A DNA stretch of 64,000 nucleotides from contig NW_025765914.1 in the NCBI RefSeq assembly GCF_003918875.1, positions 372,001 through 436,000 of the forward strand. Direction: 5' to 3'. Below, in pieces: positions 27,401-42,400 of the stretch (positions are counted from its first letter, which is position 1; the number at the start of each line of letters is the position of its first letter). The notes under the pieces are model-generated. The model made no database searches. It was not told where the DNA came from and worked only from the letters and a program-made list of their open reading frames with translations. Source of the stretch: Haliotis rubra (Eukaryota). The position numbers and the translations under genes are program-made.

Positions 27401-30400
27401 TAACATGTTATATCAATACAACTTCTGTATCCACAACACGTTATATCAATGCAACTCATGTAACCATATCACGTTATATCAATTCAACCCTTGTATCCAT
27501 AACACGCTATATCAATACAACCCCTGTATCCATAACACGCTATATCAATACAACTTCTGTATCCACAACACGCTATATCAATACAACTCATGTATCCATA
27601 ATGCGCTATATCAATACAATCCCTGTATCCATAACACGTTATATCAATACAATCCCTGTATCCATAACACGTTATATCAATACCACTTCTGTATTCATAA
27701 CACGTTATATCAATACAATTCTTGCATCATAACAAGTTATATCAATAGAACTCTTGTATCCATAACACCCTATATCAATAACACTGTATCCATAACATGT
27801 TATATCAATACAACTCATGTATCCATAACACTCTATATCAATACAACCACTGTATCCATAACACGCTATATCAATACACCACTGTATCCATAACACGCTA
27901 TATCAATACAACCCTGTATCCATAACACGCTTTATCAATACAACCCCTGTATCCATAACACGTTATATCAATACAACTTCTGTATCCACAACACGTTATA
28001 TCAATACAACTCCTGTATCCATAACACGTTATATCAATACAACCCCTGTATCCATAACACGTTATATCAATACAACTCCTGTATCCATAACACGTTATAT
28101 CAATACAACCCTGTATCCATAACACGTTATATCAATACGACTCCTGTATCCATAACACGTTATATCAATACAACTCATGTATCCATAACACGTTATATCA
28201 ATACAACCCCTGCATCCATAACACGTTATATCAATACAACTCATGTATCCATAACACGCTATATCAATACAACCCTGTATCCATAACATGTTATACCAAT
28301 ACAACTTCTGTATCCAAACACGTTATATCAATACAACCCCTGTATCCATAACACGCTATATCAATACAACCCCTGTATCCATAACACGCTATATCAATAC
28401 AATTTCTGTATCCACAACACGTTATATCAATACAACCCCTGTATCCATAACACGCTATATCAATACAATTTCTGTATCCACAACACGTTATATCAATACA
28501 ACTCCTGTATCCATAACACGTTATATCAATACAACCCCTTTCTCCATAACACGTTATATCAATACAACTCCTGTATCCATAACACGTTATATCAATACAA
28601 CCCCTGTATCCATAACACGTTATATCAATACGACTCCTGTATCCATAACACGTTATATCAATACAACTCATGTATCCATAACACGTTATATCAATACAAC
28701 CCCTGTATCCATAACACGTTATATCAATACAACTCATGTATCCATAACACGCTATATCAATACAACTTCTGTATCCATAACACGTTATATCAATACAACT
28801 TCTGTATCCATAACACGTTATATCAATACAACCCTGTATCCATAACACGCTATATCAATACAACCCCTGTATCCATAACACGCTATATCAATACAATTTC
28901 TGTATCCATAACACGTTATATCAATAAAACTCCAGTATCCATAACACGTTATATCAATACAACCCCTGTATCCATAACACGTTATATCAATACAACCCCT
29001 GTATCCATAACACGTTATATCAATACAACTGTGTTCATAAGACGTTATATCAATACAACCAATGTATCCATAACACGTTATATCAATACAACTCCAGTAT
29101 CCATAACACGTTATATCAATACAGCTCCAGTATCCATATCACGTTATATCAATACAACCCTGTATCCATAACACGTTATATCAATACAACTGTGTTCATA
29201 AGACGTTATATCAATACAACCCCTGTATCATAACACGTTATAGCAATACGACTCCTGTATCCATAACACGTTATATCCATACAAGTCACTAAACCCATGA
29301 TTAAAATGATCTGGTTTAATTGGTAGCAATTATTTCTGAGGCAGATATGAACTGTGCATATATATTATGTCATTTCAATATACATAAATGATATGTCATT
29401 TCCAACAATTTGATGAGCAAACCATCTTTATGCCAATAACTCGATGAATCGAAAAATATGGCCACGCCCCACTGGAACTACTTTATGTAATGATGCTAAT
29501 TTGGCATCATGTCGGTCAGCTAAGTTGAACCGAGCTGGGCTGATCAAGACAAACCTGAAACCCCTTTAAGTTAAATATACTTCATATCAAAAGTTTAGAC
29601 TCAGTAGTGTAAATGCAGCCACTTACTTCAGTCAACTGTTCTAAACTAGATTTTGCAAAATATTCCATACTGTTTAAAGGTACTGTTTACACATGAACTG
29701 ACGTATTGTAAAACAAATTCGTAACGTTGAAAAGATTATTGTCACGAGTTCAATAAATGATGAAACTCGGTGAAAATTGGCGAATTCTTAACAAAACTTT
29801 ACACCAACAGCTGTTCACGATATTTGCACATGCTTTTCATCAATTTGATGCATGATCCTCGTGCAATTCATCTGCATAAGGTTTGCAGATGGTTCCCCCA
29901 AGTTAGTGGAGAAATCCATCTTCGATGTAACCACGTATATATACACAACATATAGTGAGTGCTTTAAGTGAGTTTAAACTTTCGATGGGTAGTATAGTTT
30001 ATTTGTGCTGAAACATTGTGCTGACAACTTGTGTTGTGACATTACGTAGAACAACACATTATTGTAATTAAAGCGACAAAATGATTTCCACAATCAAAAG
30101 ATACATTTGGTATAAGCAGAGTCCTTTGAAAAATGCCGACTATACTCGTGATGTGCTTGGTTATAAATGACTATATTGTACAAACTTTATGGAGAACAAC
30201 TTCTGTATTTCGTGAGTGCTACGTTCCGACACAGATTCTTCTACCGTTGTCATTCTTGTTTCTCGAAAGAAGTTGTTATCCATAAAGTTTGATCAATATT
30301 GTACTTCCCAACTTTTAAAATGCCACTCAAATAAGTTATAAATGACTACTCAGAGCAACCGTCTCCCAAAACACGTGACGGTACAACACAGCAAGCATTT

Positions 30401-33400
30401 TGTTTGTACACAGAATCAGTGACACAACTTTTGTCGGGGTGTGAAATAATAATAAATGATAGCGAGCTCTGTTTACACAGACACATAGTGTATATATGCG
30501 TACATGCATAAAATATATTCTTAGTTGGGAGAGTTCATCAAATAAATTTAATATTCAGCAACTACTAAAGTACAAAAGTGACTCGTTCGCCCTCCCCATG
30601 CAAGCTGTTTTTTCAACTGACTCTTTTAGTTGCAATCCTTGATTATCAAAGTTATTATTTTTGTTAAGTATCGGGTGTTTTTAACTCGACACATTGTTGG
30701 TGGAGCCAAACATAGAAAATTACTCAGAGCACGCAGTTTGTGGCAGTCTTTATTGAAAATACGTTAGGTTCGGATCGTGTCGGACAACGTCAAGAAGGGG
30801 TCGGATATTTTAACATTATCCATAATATATATATACTGAACAGCAAAAAAACCGCAAGTCTGGCTTTTTGTCAAGTTTTTGAATAGAAGACAACCAAAAT
30901 TATGTCTAATCATTTATTCTAAAGAAAACACTGTCAATTTAACAGCTAAAAGTTGCTTTCGACATTGAATTGCAATAAGTTCAAATTGATCACAGTCCGT
31001 CAAATGGAGATACCCCTGAACGCGAAAAGTGACAGTATGTTTAGTAGCGCGTATAGACACCTTGAGCTTGCTCACAGGCCGTGCAATTGCAACATGGCCT
31101 CATTGAGTTCACTAGAGTCTGAAAGAATGTCTTAGGCAACTGGTTCCGCTCAAACACCAATCTCTATTCCAATTGTGCAAGTGTGAGTGTTCGTCTACCT
31201 GCAGCTATCCTCCGTCCAATTTCGTCCCAGAATGTTCAATGGGAGCCATATCCGGGGAAAGAGACGCTAATGTTGTTCTGAGCCAGATAATCCATCGACA
31301 CCCTTGCTGTGTGAGGGCTGCAAACGTCGCTGGCGTTGTTGACGTGCCAAAATTGGCCCCACTTGGGCTGCAGTGGATTCCAGCAGCCCAAAGACGACGC
31401 CTAATCGGATCGCTTGGCACTGCTCCCCTTGACCCAAGAACTAAGGCTGTTGTTACTGTTGCTGCTTGAGTTCGGTTCTTTAGATGAGTGACCCGGATGA
31501 ACCGATCTTGCGCATGAGTTGTCACCCTTGACCCAAGAACTAAGGCTGTCGTTACTGTTGCTGCTTGAGTTCGGTTCTTTAGATGAGTGACCCGGATGAA
31601 CCGATCTTGCGCATGAGTTGTCACTCGTTGCCGTCCTGTACGGCGACGATCAGCAGCAACCCGCTTTGCTGATGACGTTGAGCAAGTCCTGTAATGGTGG
31701 TAAGATAACAACCCAATTGTCTAGCTACAGCGGTTGCAGAGCTACCTCCGTGTAACTTTCCAATGGCCATTCCCCCTCTGCTCAGTCGTTAGTCTAGGCA
31801 TCGTATGTGTGGCGTGTACACCTCCTGGCGTCAATACTGAACTGTTTTTTGACACAAACCTTTATACAGGATACCTCAGAGTGAAATGCATGCTTTTCAT
31901 CCAGAACCGTAGATGCACGTGCTAAACTTATGGTTTGGCTGCACTGTTGGTGTGTTTGTGTGAATGGTTCATATGGACGTCAAATTGCATGATATCATCT
32001 TATCTGGGATCATTACGTCACTTTACCATGAACGTTCCATAAACATGAACGCTTACCTTCATGAGATTTCAGTTTTTCGAAACTTGCGTTTCTATTGCTG
32101 TTCAGTATATTTCAATGCATATTGGTTTACGGTGTATAGTATCGTTGTAAGTACACTGACAGCCAAAAGAAAATATACACCCATGTCTGATGCTAAGTAA
32201 ACATTAAAGAAACAAAAACGAGTTTTTCGATAATGATACATTTAATTCGGGTTTCATAGCTGTAGGACTTAAGCTTTTCGGCAACTCTTTTTATACTCAA
32301 CCTAGTAAATATGGGTAACTTATATGTAGTGTCTAATTTCATTTGTTTGCCGTTAAGTTTCTTCATTGTACTGGATGTGTTGCGGAATAGACTCTTGTTG
32401 TTCATTGTATTTAAACAAATTATGATATGTACGACGGCGTCATCCTCAGCGTTACACTCGCCTCAACATGATGTCAGTCATTTGTTTCTTTCTGTAACTG
32501 CGATGTAAAGATATATATCAACAGGAATGGTTCCATGACGTTCGTTATTCAAGTAGTATTAGTTACTATGCTGAGTTTAAATCCTTTTCAAACCTGAATT
32601 GTATCTATCGTCTCTAACATCTATCCGTCTACGCAGAACTGTAACTATGTTCAGATGTAATGGCCATGATTTTAAGATAAAAGCTGCAATGTTTTCTAAA
32701 CCCCCGTATGATGAAATTACTACTTGTGATCATTGTAACCTCACAGAGGATAAATACCATGTACTTTTAGAATGTCCTTAATATTCATGTATAAGATATA
32801 AATACTTACCTCTATATCTATGTAGACAACCATCAAAAGAAAAGTTTATTGCTGTTTTAACAACGAGTTAAACTGTACAAGTTAGCCTTAATACTATACC
32901 ATATAAATCGCAATAGATCACATCAACAATAACTGTTTATTTCCCATAACATTGCCCATTTATGGTAATATGCTATTTACGTCGTATTGCATGGTAGCGC
33001 TGTCACTGTGTTCATCACAATATATTTACATTGTACTGTTGGCCTCCGGGCCATATATACCAATAAAATTTGTCTGTCTGTCTGTCTGTAACTGCTTCTG
33101 ATTACTTGAATTTGTAAGGGGTGTCACCGATACACACCTGATTCACAATCTGGTGATTTGGGCTTTCGCAATCTTTTCAACTCATCCACCTGTTAGTATT
33201 TTCAACACATTTTGATAATTACTTCTGTTATTTTTAAGTTACATTGCCACTGAAAAAAAACGATATCCGATGCTATTCCATATTTTGACTTATATCAAAT
33301 CTCCCCGTATTTCCTCGGGTGAACAATTGTTTACCCTTTGCATTTGGTCATGGTGGGCAGGTCACGTTCACCTTGTGGAGGGCACCTGGTATTTTTACAA

Positions 33401-36400
33401 TTTGATACTTATTCTCAAACAAGTGCTCGTGTGTAGTGGTGATCGCGCAATACACCTTCAGCAGATATTTCTTGTGGATGTGGAAAGGATATTGTAGCCA
33501 ATATTATTATCTATAATGAATATCTGATATTATTTTCTGAGAAGTACTAACAGTCTGACTCGAAGATTTAGGTACAATCTTCAATATAAATACCAAATTG
33601 GTTTCCCAAGTTTCAATAACTGATCTGTCCCTTGTTTAAATCAGTCCTCCCTCTCATTTCAAGGGATTTCCGCCATGTTAGCATGATTTGAAGTTTGGGA
33701 ACAACCACATTATCGACAGATACAGATTCGGATTTAGTTACAAAGCGTTTCGAAGTGGCAACTGTTTTAAAGACGGAAATGAGTTTCTTTTGTGTGTGTT
33801 TTCAGTACGGAACCCTGATACCATGAGTTTGTAAGTGATTGTTTCCATGCTGTGAGCAAGGATAGCTCCAGAGTCATACACTTTAACGTAGACGCCTGAC
33901 AGTCTCGGCAGCAGATTCTATTGGATTTGAAACCAGGGTCCCGATCCACAGAGCGTAAGCCTATGGTTAAGTATAGAGTTACGACAGGTCGTAGCGTTAC
34001 AAACGCTTTGTGGATCGGAACCAAGGTAAAATGGTAAGCACGTCCTGCCCTACATGTAATACAGGGACGACTTCGCCATATCGATGACGATAAAATCGCA
34101 ACCAACTGTGATGAAGAGGTACATAATTTTGAGCAGTAGACTACCCGAAACAAACGGATATAGAATCAGTTACTCTAAACAAAATCCAAAACGTGCGCCC
34201 CTTTATCCACGCATGGCCCTTTTGTGTTGAGTAAACGATGAAGCATTGTGCTAATCTGGACCCGTGGATCAGGCAGGATTGTGGGTGGATTGAAGTCAAT
34301 ATTTGCAGAATGAAAGTCCTTGCCCACAGGTAAGCTATCGACCAGCTGTAGCTTACCCGAACAAGGTGGATGGATCTATTACACACGTATTACATTTACA
34401 TCTAATTTGTCCGTACAAAAAGACGAATACCTCAAACAATGATCAGGAGACATTTCAGATGTTTATCGATGGCTGACTCAAACGTGACGTTGTCATAGTG
34501 ATCTGGACGCTGTAAATGAGGATCTTAAACCCGTGGAGGCGGTTCAATGGTTATATCTACAAAGGAATGATTTTTGAACAAGTTTATATTTGTGTATATT
34601 GGAAAAAAGGACTAATGGAACTTCGACATATTTGAGTTTCAAGTTGGTGCGGATGTTCACATGGATGCCAGACATTGTTAGCCATGGCAATCGCGGGAAT
34701 CTAATTTCAGAAAACCTATATCAAATCGAAATGGGGAGGCACCAAAATGGTCTTTCCAACTCTGCAACTCAACATAGGTTATGTAACACACGCTGAATTT
34801 ACAATACACGTGGGCGGTGTGGTAGCCTAATGGTTAAGGCGTTCAGTCGAAGGCCTAAGTTTGATTCCCCGTATGGGCACATGTGTGAAGCCCATTTCCA
34901 ATGTCCCCCGCCGTGATATTGCTGGAATATTGCTAAACGCTCGTGGGTTTCGAGAAAGTGAGTGAGTGAGTTAGTTTAGTTTTTACGCGGCACTCAGCAA
35001 TATTCCAGCTATATCCCAGCGGTCTGTAAATAATCGAGTCTGGACCAGACAATCCAGTGATCAACAGCATGAGCATCGATCTGCGCAATTGGGAACCGAT
35101 GACATGTGTCAACCAGGTCAGCGAGCCTGACCACCCGATCCCGTTAGTCGCCTCTTACGACAAGCAAGGGTCATTGAAGATCTAACCCGGACCTACAAAG
35201 GTTTTCGAGAAGTAGTAAACCTGCATCGTTTTGTGTGGTCTGTCTTACACACCGAAGTGCGTGAATGTGAATTAACATTCACCCTATTCCACCCCTCATC
35301 CCCTTGTCAGCTCTATCAGCCTATACATATTCCACTTTCAGCTATCACTTGAAATCAAGAGAATCGAGGGTGTTTTAAAACGTGAAGATTTTATTTAACC
35401 GTGTATATGGCTAATTTTGGGAACTATACTCAAATGTACGCTTCGGGATTTCCTTGTACATGAAGCTGAAATGCTGTAACAGTTATATAAATGAAAACTG
35501 CGAGGACTAAAAAAGATGTCATTATCTTTGTCATTGTTAACGTAGTACATACGTCATTGTCACCTTAATCCAAACACCATTGTTGACGTACTGCGGGTGT
35601 GACAGAAGGTGATGACGTAACACTCTATCTAGGGTATCAGCTTTATCGCGCCAGGTTACACCAGAAATGGGCTTAACACATTGTACTCATGTGGGGAATC
35701 GGACCCGGGTCTTCGGCGTGACGAGCGAACGCTTTAACCACAAGGCTATCCCACCGCCCCAAACATTTGTGAAATGTATATGACTGAACTTCTGAAGATC
35801 AGGGAATCGATTCCGTGAAGAGCTATCCCACGGCCCCAAACATTTGTGAAATGTATATGACTGAACTTCTGAAGATCAGTGATGACACCGCGTGTCAAGG
35901 GTAAGCATATCCTGCTTAATCTTGATATGCGACGGCTGACTGTAAAGACACCAAACTACCATATGATAGATGGGTAAGGAGAGTGAAGTGATACATCTAC
36001 TGACTGCGTTAAAACTAATGAAAATGTCTTGTTCATTTGGAATTAAATCAGCTGTGTACAAGTACGGAGAACCTGCTGCTTGTAATGACAAAGCCATAAC
36101 ATCCATGTGATAGATGGGTAAGGCGAGCGAAGTGGTAGTATATCTACTGACTTCGTTAAAACTAATGAAAACGTCTTGCTCATTTGGAATTAAATCAACA
36201 GTGTTCGGAACATCTGCTGCCTGTAATGACAGACGTTGAAGACATATATCCGTTTTGCAAAACAGGACAGTTTTAATGTTCTACCCACATTTTCCGTTTG
36301 TAATTGAACACGTACTGAACGCTACTGCTAGGAAACTCGGGGACTTCGATACAACATGTCAAGTGCCAGGTCAGCATCTATGTTCCAGGATTCTGACATT

Positions 36401-39400
36401 CTGGCCGTTCGACTGATTGCCACATCAATGAAACAATGCTTCTGACGATGCTAATGACAACCGGAACGTGGCCCTGTGGACGGTGGAATATTGAGTTCTG
36501 CTTGGAGTAAACAGTGAAATCAGATCCATCTTTAATGTACGTTGACAACCATATTTGCACGTATAAAATCAGCGTCATTAGTAGACTCGCCGTGGTGAAG
36601 GAGCCGCGCTTCCGGTCCATGCCCATCATCAGTACGTGAACAAATATTGGAATATATGTTCAAATAATGACACTTTGATCTAGTCTTCAGCGCCTTGAGG
36701 GTTCGTCGGTAAATAGGAAGCCTCCTTATGCAAGAATAATCCATATCACCACAAGAAAAGTCATTTCATTAGGGAAAATGAGGCTATGTTCACATAAATG
36801 CTTGGACAATGAATTGAATTTCCTCTGCTATTTATCGTGGTCGGCAAAGAAAATAATATTTGTTTCTGTACAGTGTTGAAGAACTGGTTGGGTCATTCAT
36901 TTCAAAGGAAACACAATACGTCGTTGTTTTAACTCCACGGGAATACTAACGAATGTCGGGTCACCAGCCAGAACCTATTCTAATGGGCCATTGGGAATTT
37001 GTAAACCAGTTAAGGGAATATCAATCTGTCAAATTGTCAAACAACCATGGTATGACCTGTCCACAAAATAAGAATGTAAAGCATGTCATGCAGAAGACAC
37101 GTTCGCTGGCTAACAGGATGGAGTTTGCACCTTTCAGATATACACCTGTTGATACGTGATTGATGCAGCATAATGGCTGCTCAACAAGAGCAATTCAACG
37201 CAGCCACTTAACAAAAATGCCTATAAATAACTCAAAACAAAATAATTTCAGATGTCAATTAACACACAAAATGACATCCCATGCAAACTACAATGCCGTC
37301 AGATGGCAACCACCAAACAAGAATGATATCAGATGCAATGGCAAAACAAGAATGATATCGGATGTCAAGACTAAAGAAGAATGATATCAGATGTCAACAA
37401 CTAAACAAGAATGATATCAGATATCACCCACAAAACAAGAATGTTATCAGATGCAATGGCAAGAACAAGAATGATATCGGATGTCAAGACTAAAGAAGAA
37501 TGATATCAGATATCAACCGTAAAACAAGAATAATATCAGATATCAACCATAAAGCAAGAATAATATGAAGTCAACCACAAAACAAGAATGATATCAGATC
37601 GGACATCATAGCTAAAACGGAATGTCTTCGAACAATGGCATATTGTGGAATAGTTCTATTATGAGAGATTGAAATATTCACATTGTAAATCAATACATGA
37701 CACGTTTTATGGATAAAACGTGAAGAATAAAAAGAAATTGTTATACATAAAATGTGCCATGTATTCATGTTCGCTCAACTTCTAAATGCCTTTCAAAAAC
37801 TTCACATTGCAAATGGTAATATCTTTTTCTTTGTGTGTACTACCATCCATATGTTTTTGTGAGGAAAAACATTTTGCAAATACATTTGCCATAATCATGT
37901 GTGTAGGTCAGACAAGTATTACATGTACTAATGAAAAGCAAACACTGTTTGATGTAGAACTGTAACATATGTTCGTGTAATCTGAGCTGACGGCGTTACC
38001 TGGTTTGAATAGCAACGAATGATAGGTTATTCCTCTATTCTGCATTTGATTAAGCTGCCGCACTGACTTTAACTGCTGATAACAGTGAGTGAGTTTAGTT
38101 TTACGCCGCTTTTGCAGTATTACAGCTACATCACGGCGGGGGACACCAGAAATGGGTTTCACACATGGTACCTATGTGGAGAATCGAACCCGGGCCTTCG
38201 GCGTGACGAGCGAACGATCTAACCATTAGACTATCCCACCGCCCAATTGGCATCATGGGGAGTGAGTTAGTGAGTGAGTGTGGACAGTATTCCAGTATGT
38301 CAGTTTGGTGTGGAGGGTGAGGGCAAACATGAAACTGACAACAGAGGGACGCTTATTAGATTATTTGATTTATTTGATTTGCATGTTTGCTGTCAAAGGC
38401 TGCACGCAGCAATATCACAGACACCTGTCAATGATGGATTCTGAACTGGACAATCCAGTGATCGATATCCTCGCCTTCGGAGCACACCGGTAAGATATCA
38501 ACCAAACCACTGATCAAACGTGCCTGATCAAACGATCTAATGACACGCCTCGTTATGACCAGCATAGGTACTGAGGAGCCATTTTACCCCGTCATCCATA
38601 CGAGACATGGTGCGTGCGTGCAGGCATGTGTGTGTGTGTGCGCGCGTTCGTGCGTGCGTGCGTGCGTGCGTGTGGCATTTACACTCGTCATCTCTGCGGG
38701 GCAGAAATGAATGTGGGGACAAAGCAAACACCCGAAAGCCGATGGGAGTAAGTTGTCCACGAAAGCCGATATCAATGCAGTAAGTTGTCACACCCGTCAG
38801 GCAGACACCCTGATATCAATGCATAACTAAGGTTGACGGTATATTACAATCAAAACAGGGTTTGGACGGGTCCAAATTTTCTACCCGAGTACCCCAGCCC
38901 CTGTTAACCCTACCCTGCCCTGATACCCGTTATTTTAATTCAAGTTTGTAGGAAATGGCAATACATCCTTCAGCTCGGAGGCTAATTTGTTTTCAATATC
39001 TTAACCATATATTACAATCAAAACAGGGTTTGGACGGGTCCAAATTTTCTACCCGAGTACCCCAGCCCTGTTACCCTGCCCTGATACCCGTTATTTTAAT
39101 TCCTGACATCAAATTTGTAAGAAATGGCAATATATTGTTCAGCTCGGAGGCTAATTGTCTTTCAATATCTTAACCATATATTATATTCAAAACAGCTGAC
39201 TGTAAATTATGTCTAAATCTTCAAAGATAATCATGAAAGAATAACATACATTGTTTAATCGATAAATCACATGATCATAACGGGTCCGGGTACTCAGACG
39301 GGTACCCGGGTCCAACTCACTACCCTCCCGTTACGGGTATCCGGGTTACCCGTCCCAGCCCTAGTTTACGGGTCACCTAAGTGGAGGTTAGCTCACTTAC

Positions 39401-42400
39401 TGGTAACACTGGTAACATTATATATCTAGCAACATACTTTATACATAGCACCGAGGTAACTGTCAACCTAGTATGTCAATTCATGACATTTGCAACATCA
39501 GTGGTTAATGTAATCTTTATTCAAATGAGTTTCATTTTCATCTCTGATTGGGTGGAAGCGGAACAAATCAATGCGATCCGCAGTTCCTCCACAGTCTATA
39601 AACATCACTAATGGCCGCTGCTTATTTAAGCAAACAATACAAAGGTTTCCCAACCACTTGGTCAATAGAGGAGCGGCTCGGCATCCGGTCAGAAAGGAGA
39701 CGAGGAAGGAGGTTGAGTAAGGTCTTAACAGAGCCATAAACAGCCACAATGATAAAGGCAAGTGTAGCTTACACCGACAAATCAATATCGGCAAACTAAC
39801 ACATGGCGCAAAATATAACACATACATCTGGACTTGTGTGTTATAGATCTAGTTATTCCTCACACGGGGTCCGACCATTTTGTATTCAGGGGCGGATGTT
39901 GCTTTGTCTGATTTCTTTCCCAACTCATTTTGGGTGATAGCTAGTACCAGAGGATAATTATTTATTTTTAGTCAATCATGAGGCGATTCTTGTTTCAGAA
40001 TCTGTTCAAGAAATCGGCAGGACGGCACGATGGCATGGTGACATGATAGCACGGTGACACAGACGGGACGACAGCATGACGCGCGACCGCACTACGGCAC
40101 TACTGAGGACAGTCAGCGCTCGGGGGAATTTGTCTAGCTAAGGCGCCGTATTACGTTACACAGAATTATGTCACTTGGTTGTAACAGGATCAGCTGATCA
40201 TGGCTTGAAATCCCAGATTAACCCTAATTTTACATATTGATCTGTCTGTAAAACCCTACATGTGTTTCACATTGCGAAATACATGAGTCCCAGATTGTCT
40301 TGTCACCTAGCTCTAACACACCAGCGCACAGCTGCAGTGCTATCGGTGCTTGTACAAACTCAGCTGACTGTTTATAATAACATTCCATGTAATATGTCGC
40401 GCGTTTCTCGTAGCTCCAGCATCAGCTGGTTATCACTGTTACATATCTGACAGTACTGATCACCGGGAGCATTTAATATTCCTCACACAGTGAAGCAGCA
40501 CATGAAGTGACTGACTCATATGGTGAAAGGTATATTAAAAATGGACATGCTGTGTCGAACCACAACACTATAACAGCGTTTCACACTGCTTTACAGAAGC
40601 TCGTATAGAACAAGCAAATATCAACAAGAACGCAACACAAATAGCCGCTGTACATTCGCATCATGTTATTAGAGACACGCTACAACCCGTGTGCATGTCA
40701 TTAACCTAATTAGCAGAGAGATGTCTCATGTGAAGTATCTCCTGACAAAGACAAATATATTTTCGGCTTCATTACGCTCCCTGTACAAACAAAGCTACCT
40801 AACGATCGTCACACGGTGTAGGAATCCTATGGAGGGAATTAGGTGCACATTTTTATTTCTTTTTCATTGTAGCTGGAGCTTGAACATTTATGTGCCGGTA
40901 CATACATGGAGAGGACTGAAGTAGGCCATAGATAGGGTCTCGGTCTAGAGTAGTATCAAGTTATACATCATCAACTTTGCTTCAGTCCAGAGATGGAGAT
41001 GCGGTTTGAACGACGTTAATACAAATGGTCAGAACAACAGAATACCCATAAATTTCAATAGAAACAGATTTTATTGGAGGAAGGAGTATGGTAGCTGTGA
41101 AAATTGTATGAATGGACCACTGAAAATCAGTGATGACACCAGGTGTTCGTAAAATGGGTAAATATGTCCTGCCATACTGGTAGCACACTAAATTCTATTA
41201 TTACATATTATTACATAATATCAATTTGTATCATTTGAATGTTTTGATTAAAATAAAGGGATTTTGTTGTCCTTTGACTGACTGACTGACTGAGTTTGGT
41301 TTTACGCCGCTTTAGCAATATTCCAGCAATATCACGACGGGGGACACCAGAAATGGGCTTCACTCATTGTACCCATGTGGGGATTCGAACCCGGGTCTTC
41401 GGCGTGACGAGCCAACGCTTTAACCACTAGACTACCCCACCGCCCCACCGAGCAAAAGCTCATTTTCACTGGGAATATCACATAATAAATTATGGCGACG
41501 GCTTCAGTAGCTGAGTAGGCGATGCATGTGTCCTTTGCATCATGAGGGAGTGAGCTAGTGAATGAAGACACTATTCCAGTTTTATCCGAGTCAGCTTGGT
41601 GTGGAGGGCAAACACGAAGTAATGCTGGCCTCAAACAATTTCCAATTTGATGAAAACCAGCAAAGGTATGGTGCTGACAAATTGAAAAATCATGGCCAAC
41701 CTGAACCTACGACCATAGGTATCTGGTGTGCAAAAGGGGCGCATGTCTGCACAGGGAACTTAGACGGCTGGGCCACCCGTGCCTGCTGCTTCAAAAGGAA
41801 ATGATAGTAAGATAGTCGGGTTTTACGCCGCCTTTAGCCAATATTCCAGCTATATCACGACAGGGGCATCAGAAATGGTACCCTACTGCCCCCATCTTTA
41901 CAGTCAGTCAGTGTCGTAAATATGGCAACACAAATCACTTATCTGACGGATTAGATACCTTGGGCAAAAGAGTATGAACATTCTATGAACGGACCATGTA
42001 AAATCAGTGCCTGCAAAATGGGGTAGAATTGTCTGCCTATTCACACCGGTCACATACAATATTTGCATTAGGTTACAGGTGTTTGACAGACGTAAACAGT
42101 CTCGTCTTCCGTCACAAGTATCATAAAGGTATACAGAGCAAAGTTGCTGTCAAAAGTATATGAATTGTCCACTGAAAATCAGTGATGACACCTGGTTTTC
42201 GCGAAAAGAGTAAGCGTGTCTCGTACTTCCGGCATCACCGCCATTCATCCAATTTGCCTAAAAATAAGTATGTAAAACCCTCTACAATCTTATGTGTGCC
42301 TATACATAAATTTAAATATAAACGTAATTGTTGCAATAATTTGAAAAATTCTCCAGGGCACACTTTTCGATTACGTGTATTCCAGCACATCAAGCAAGTC

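Noticed and set aside
26523-28848. Cys/Tyr/Gly-rich ORFs (keratin-associated or shell-protein-like)
   Set aside because: 33-bp satellite with frequent 1-nt indels; no signal peptide or splice support.
36378-36629. Candidate first (signal peptide) exon of IR25a
   Set aside because: No convincing phase-1 donor after the hydrophobic stretch; 43679-43775 fits better.
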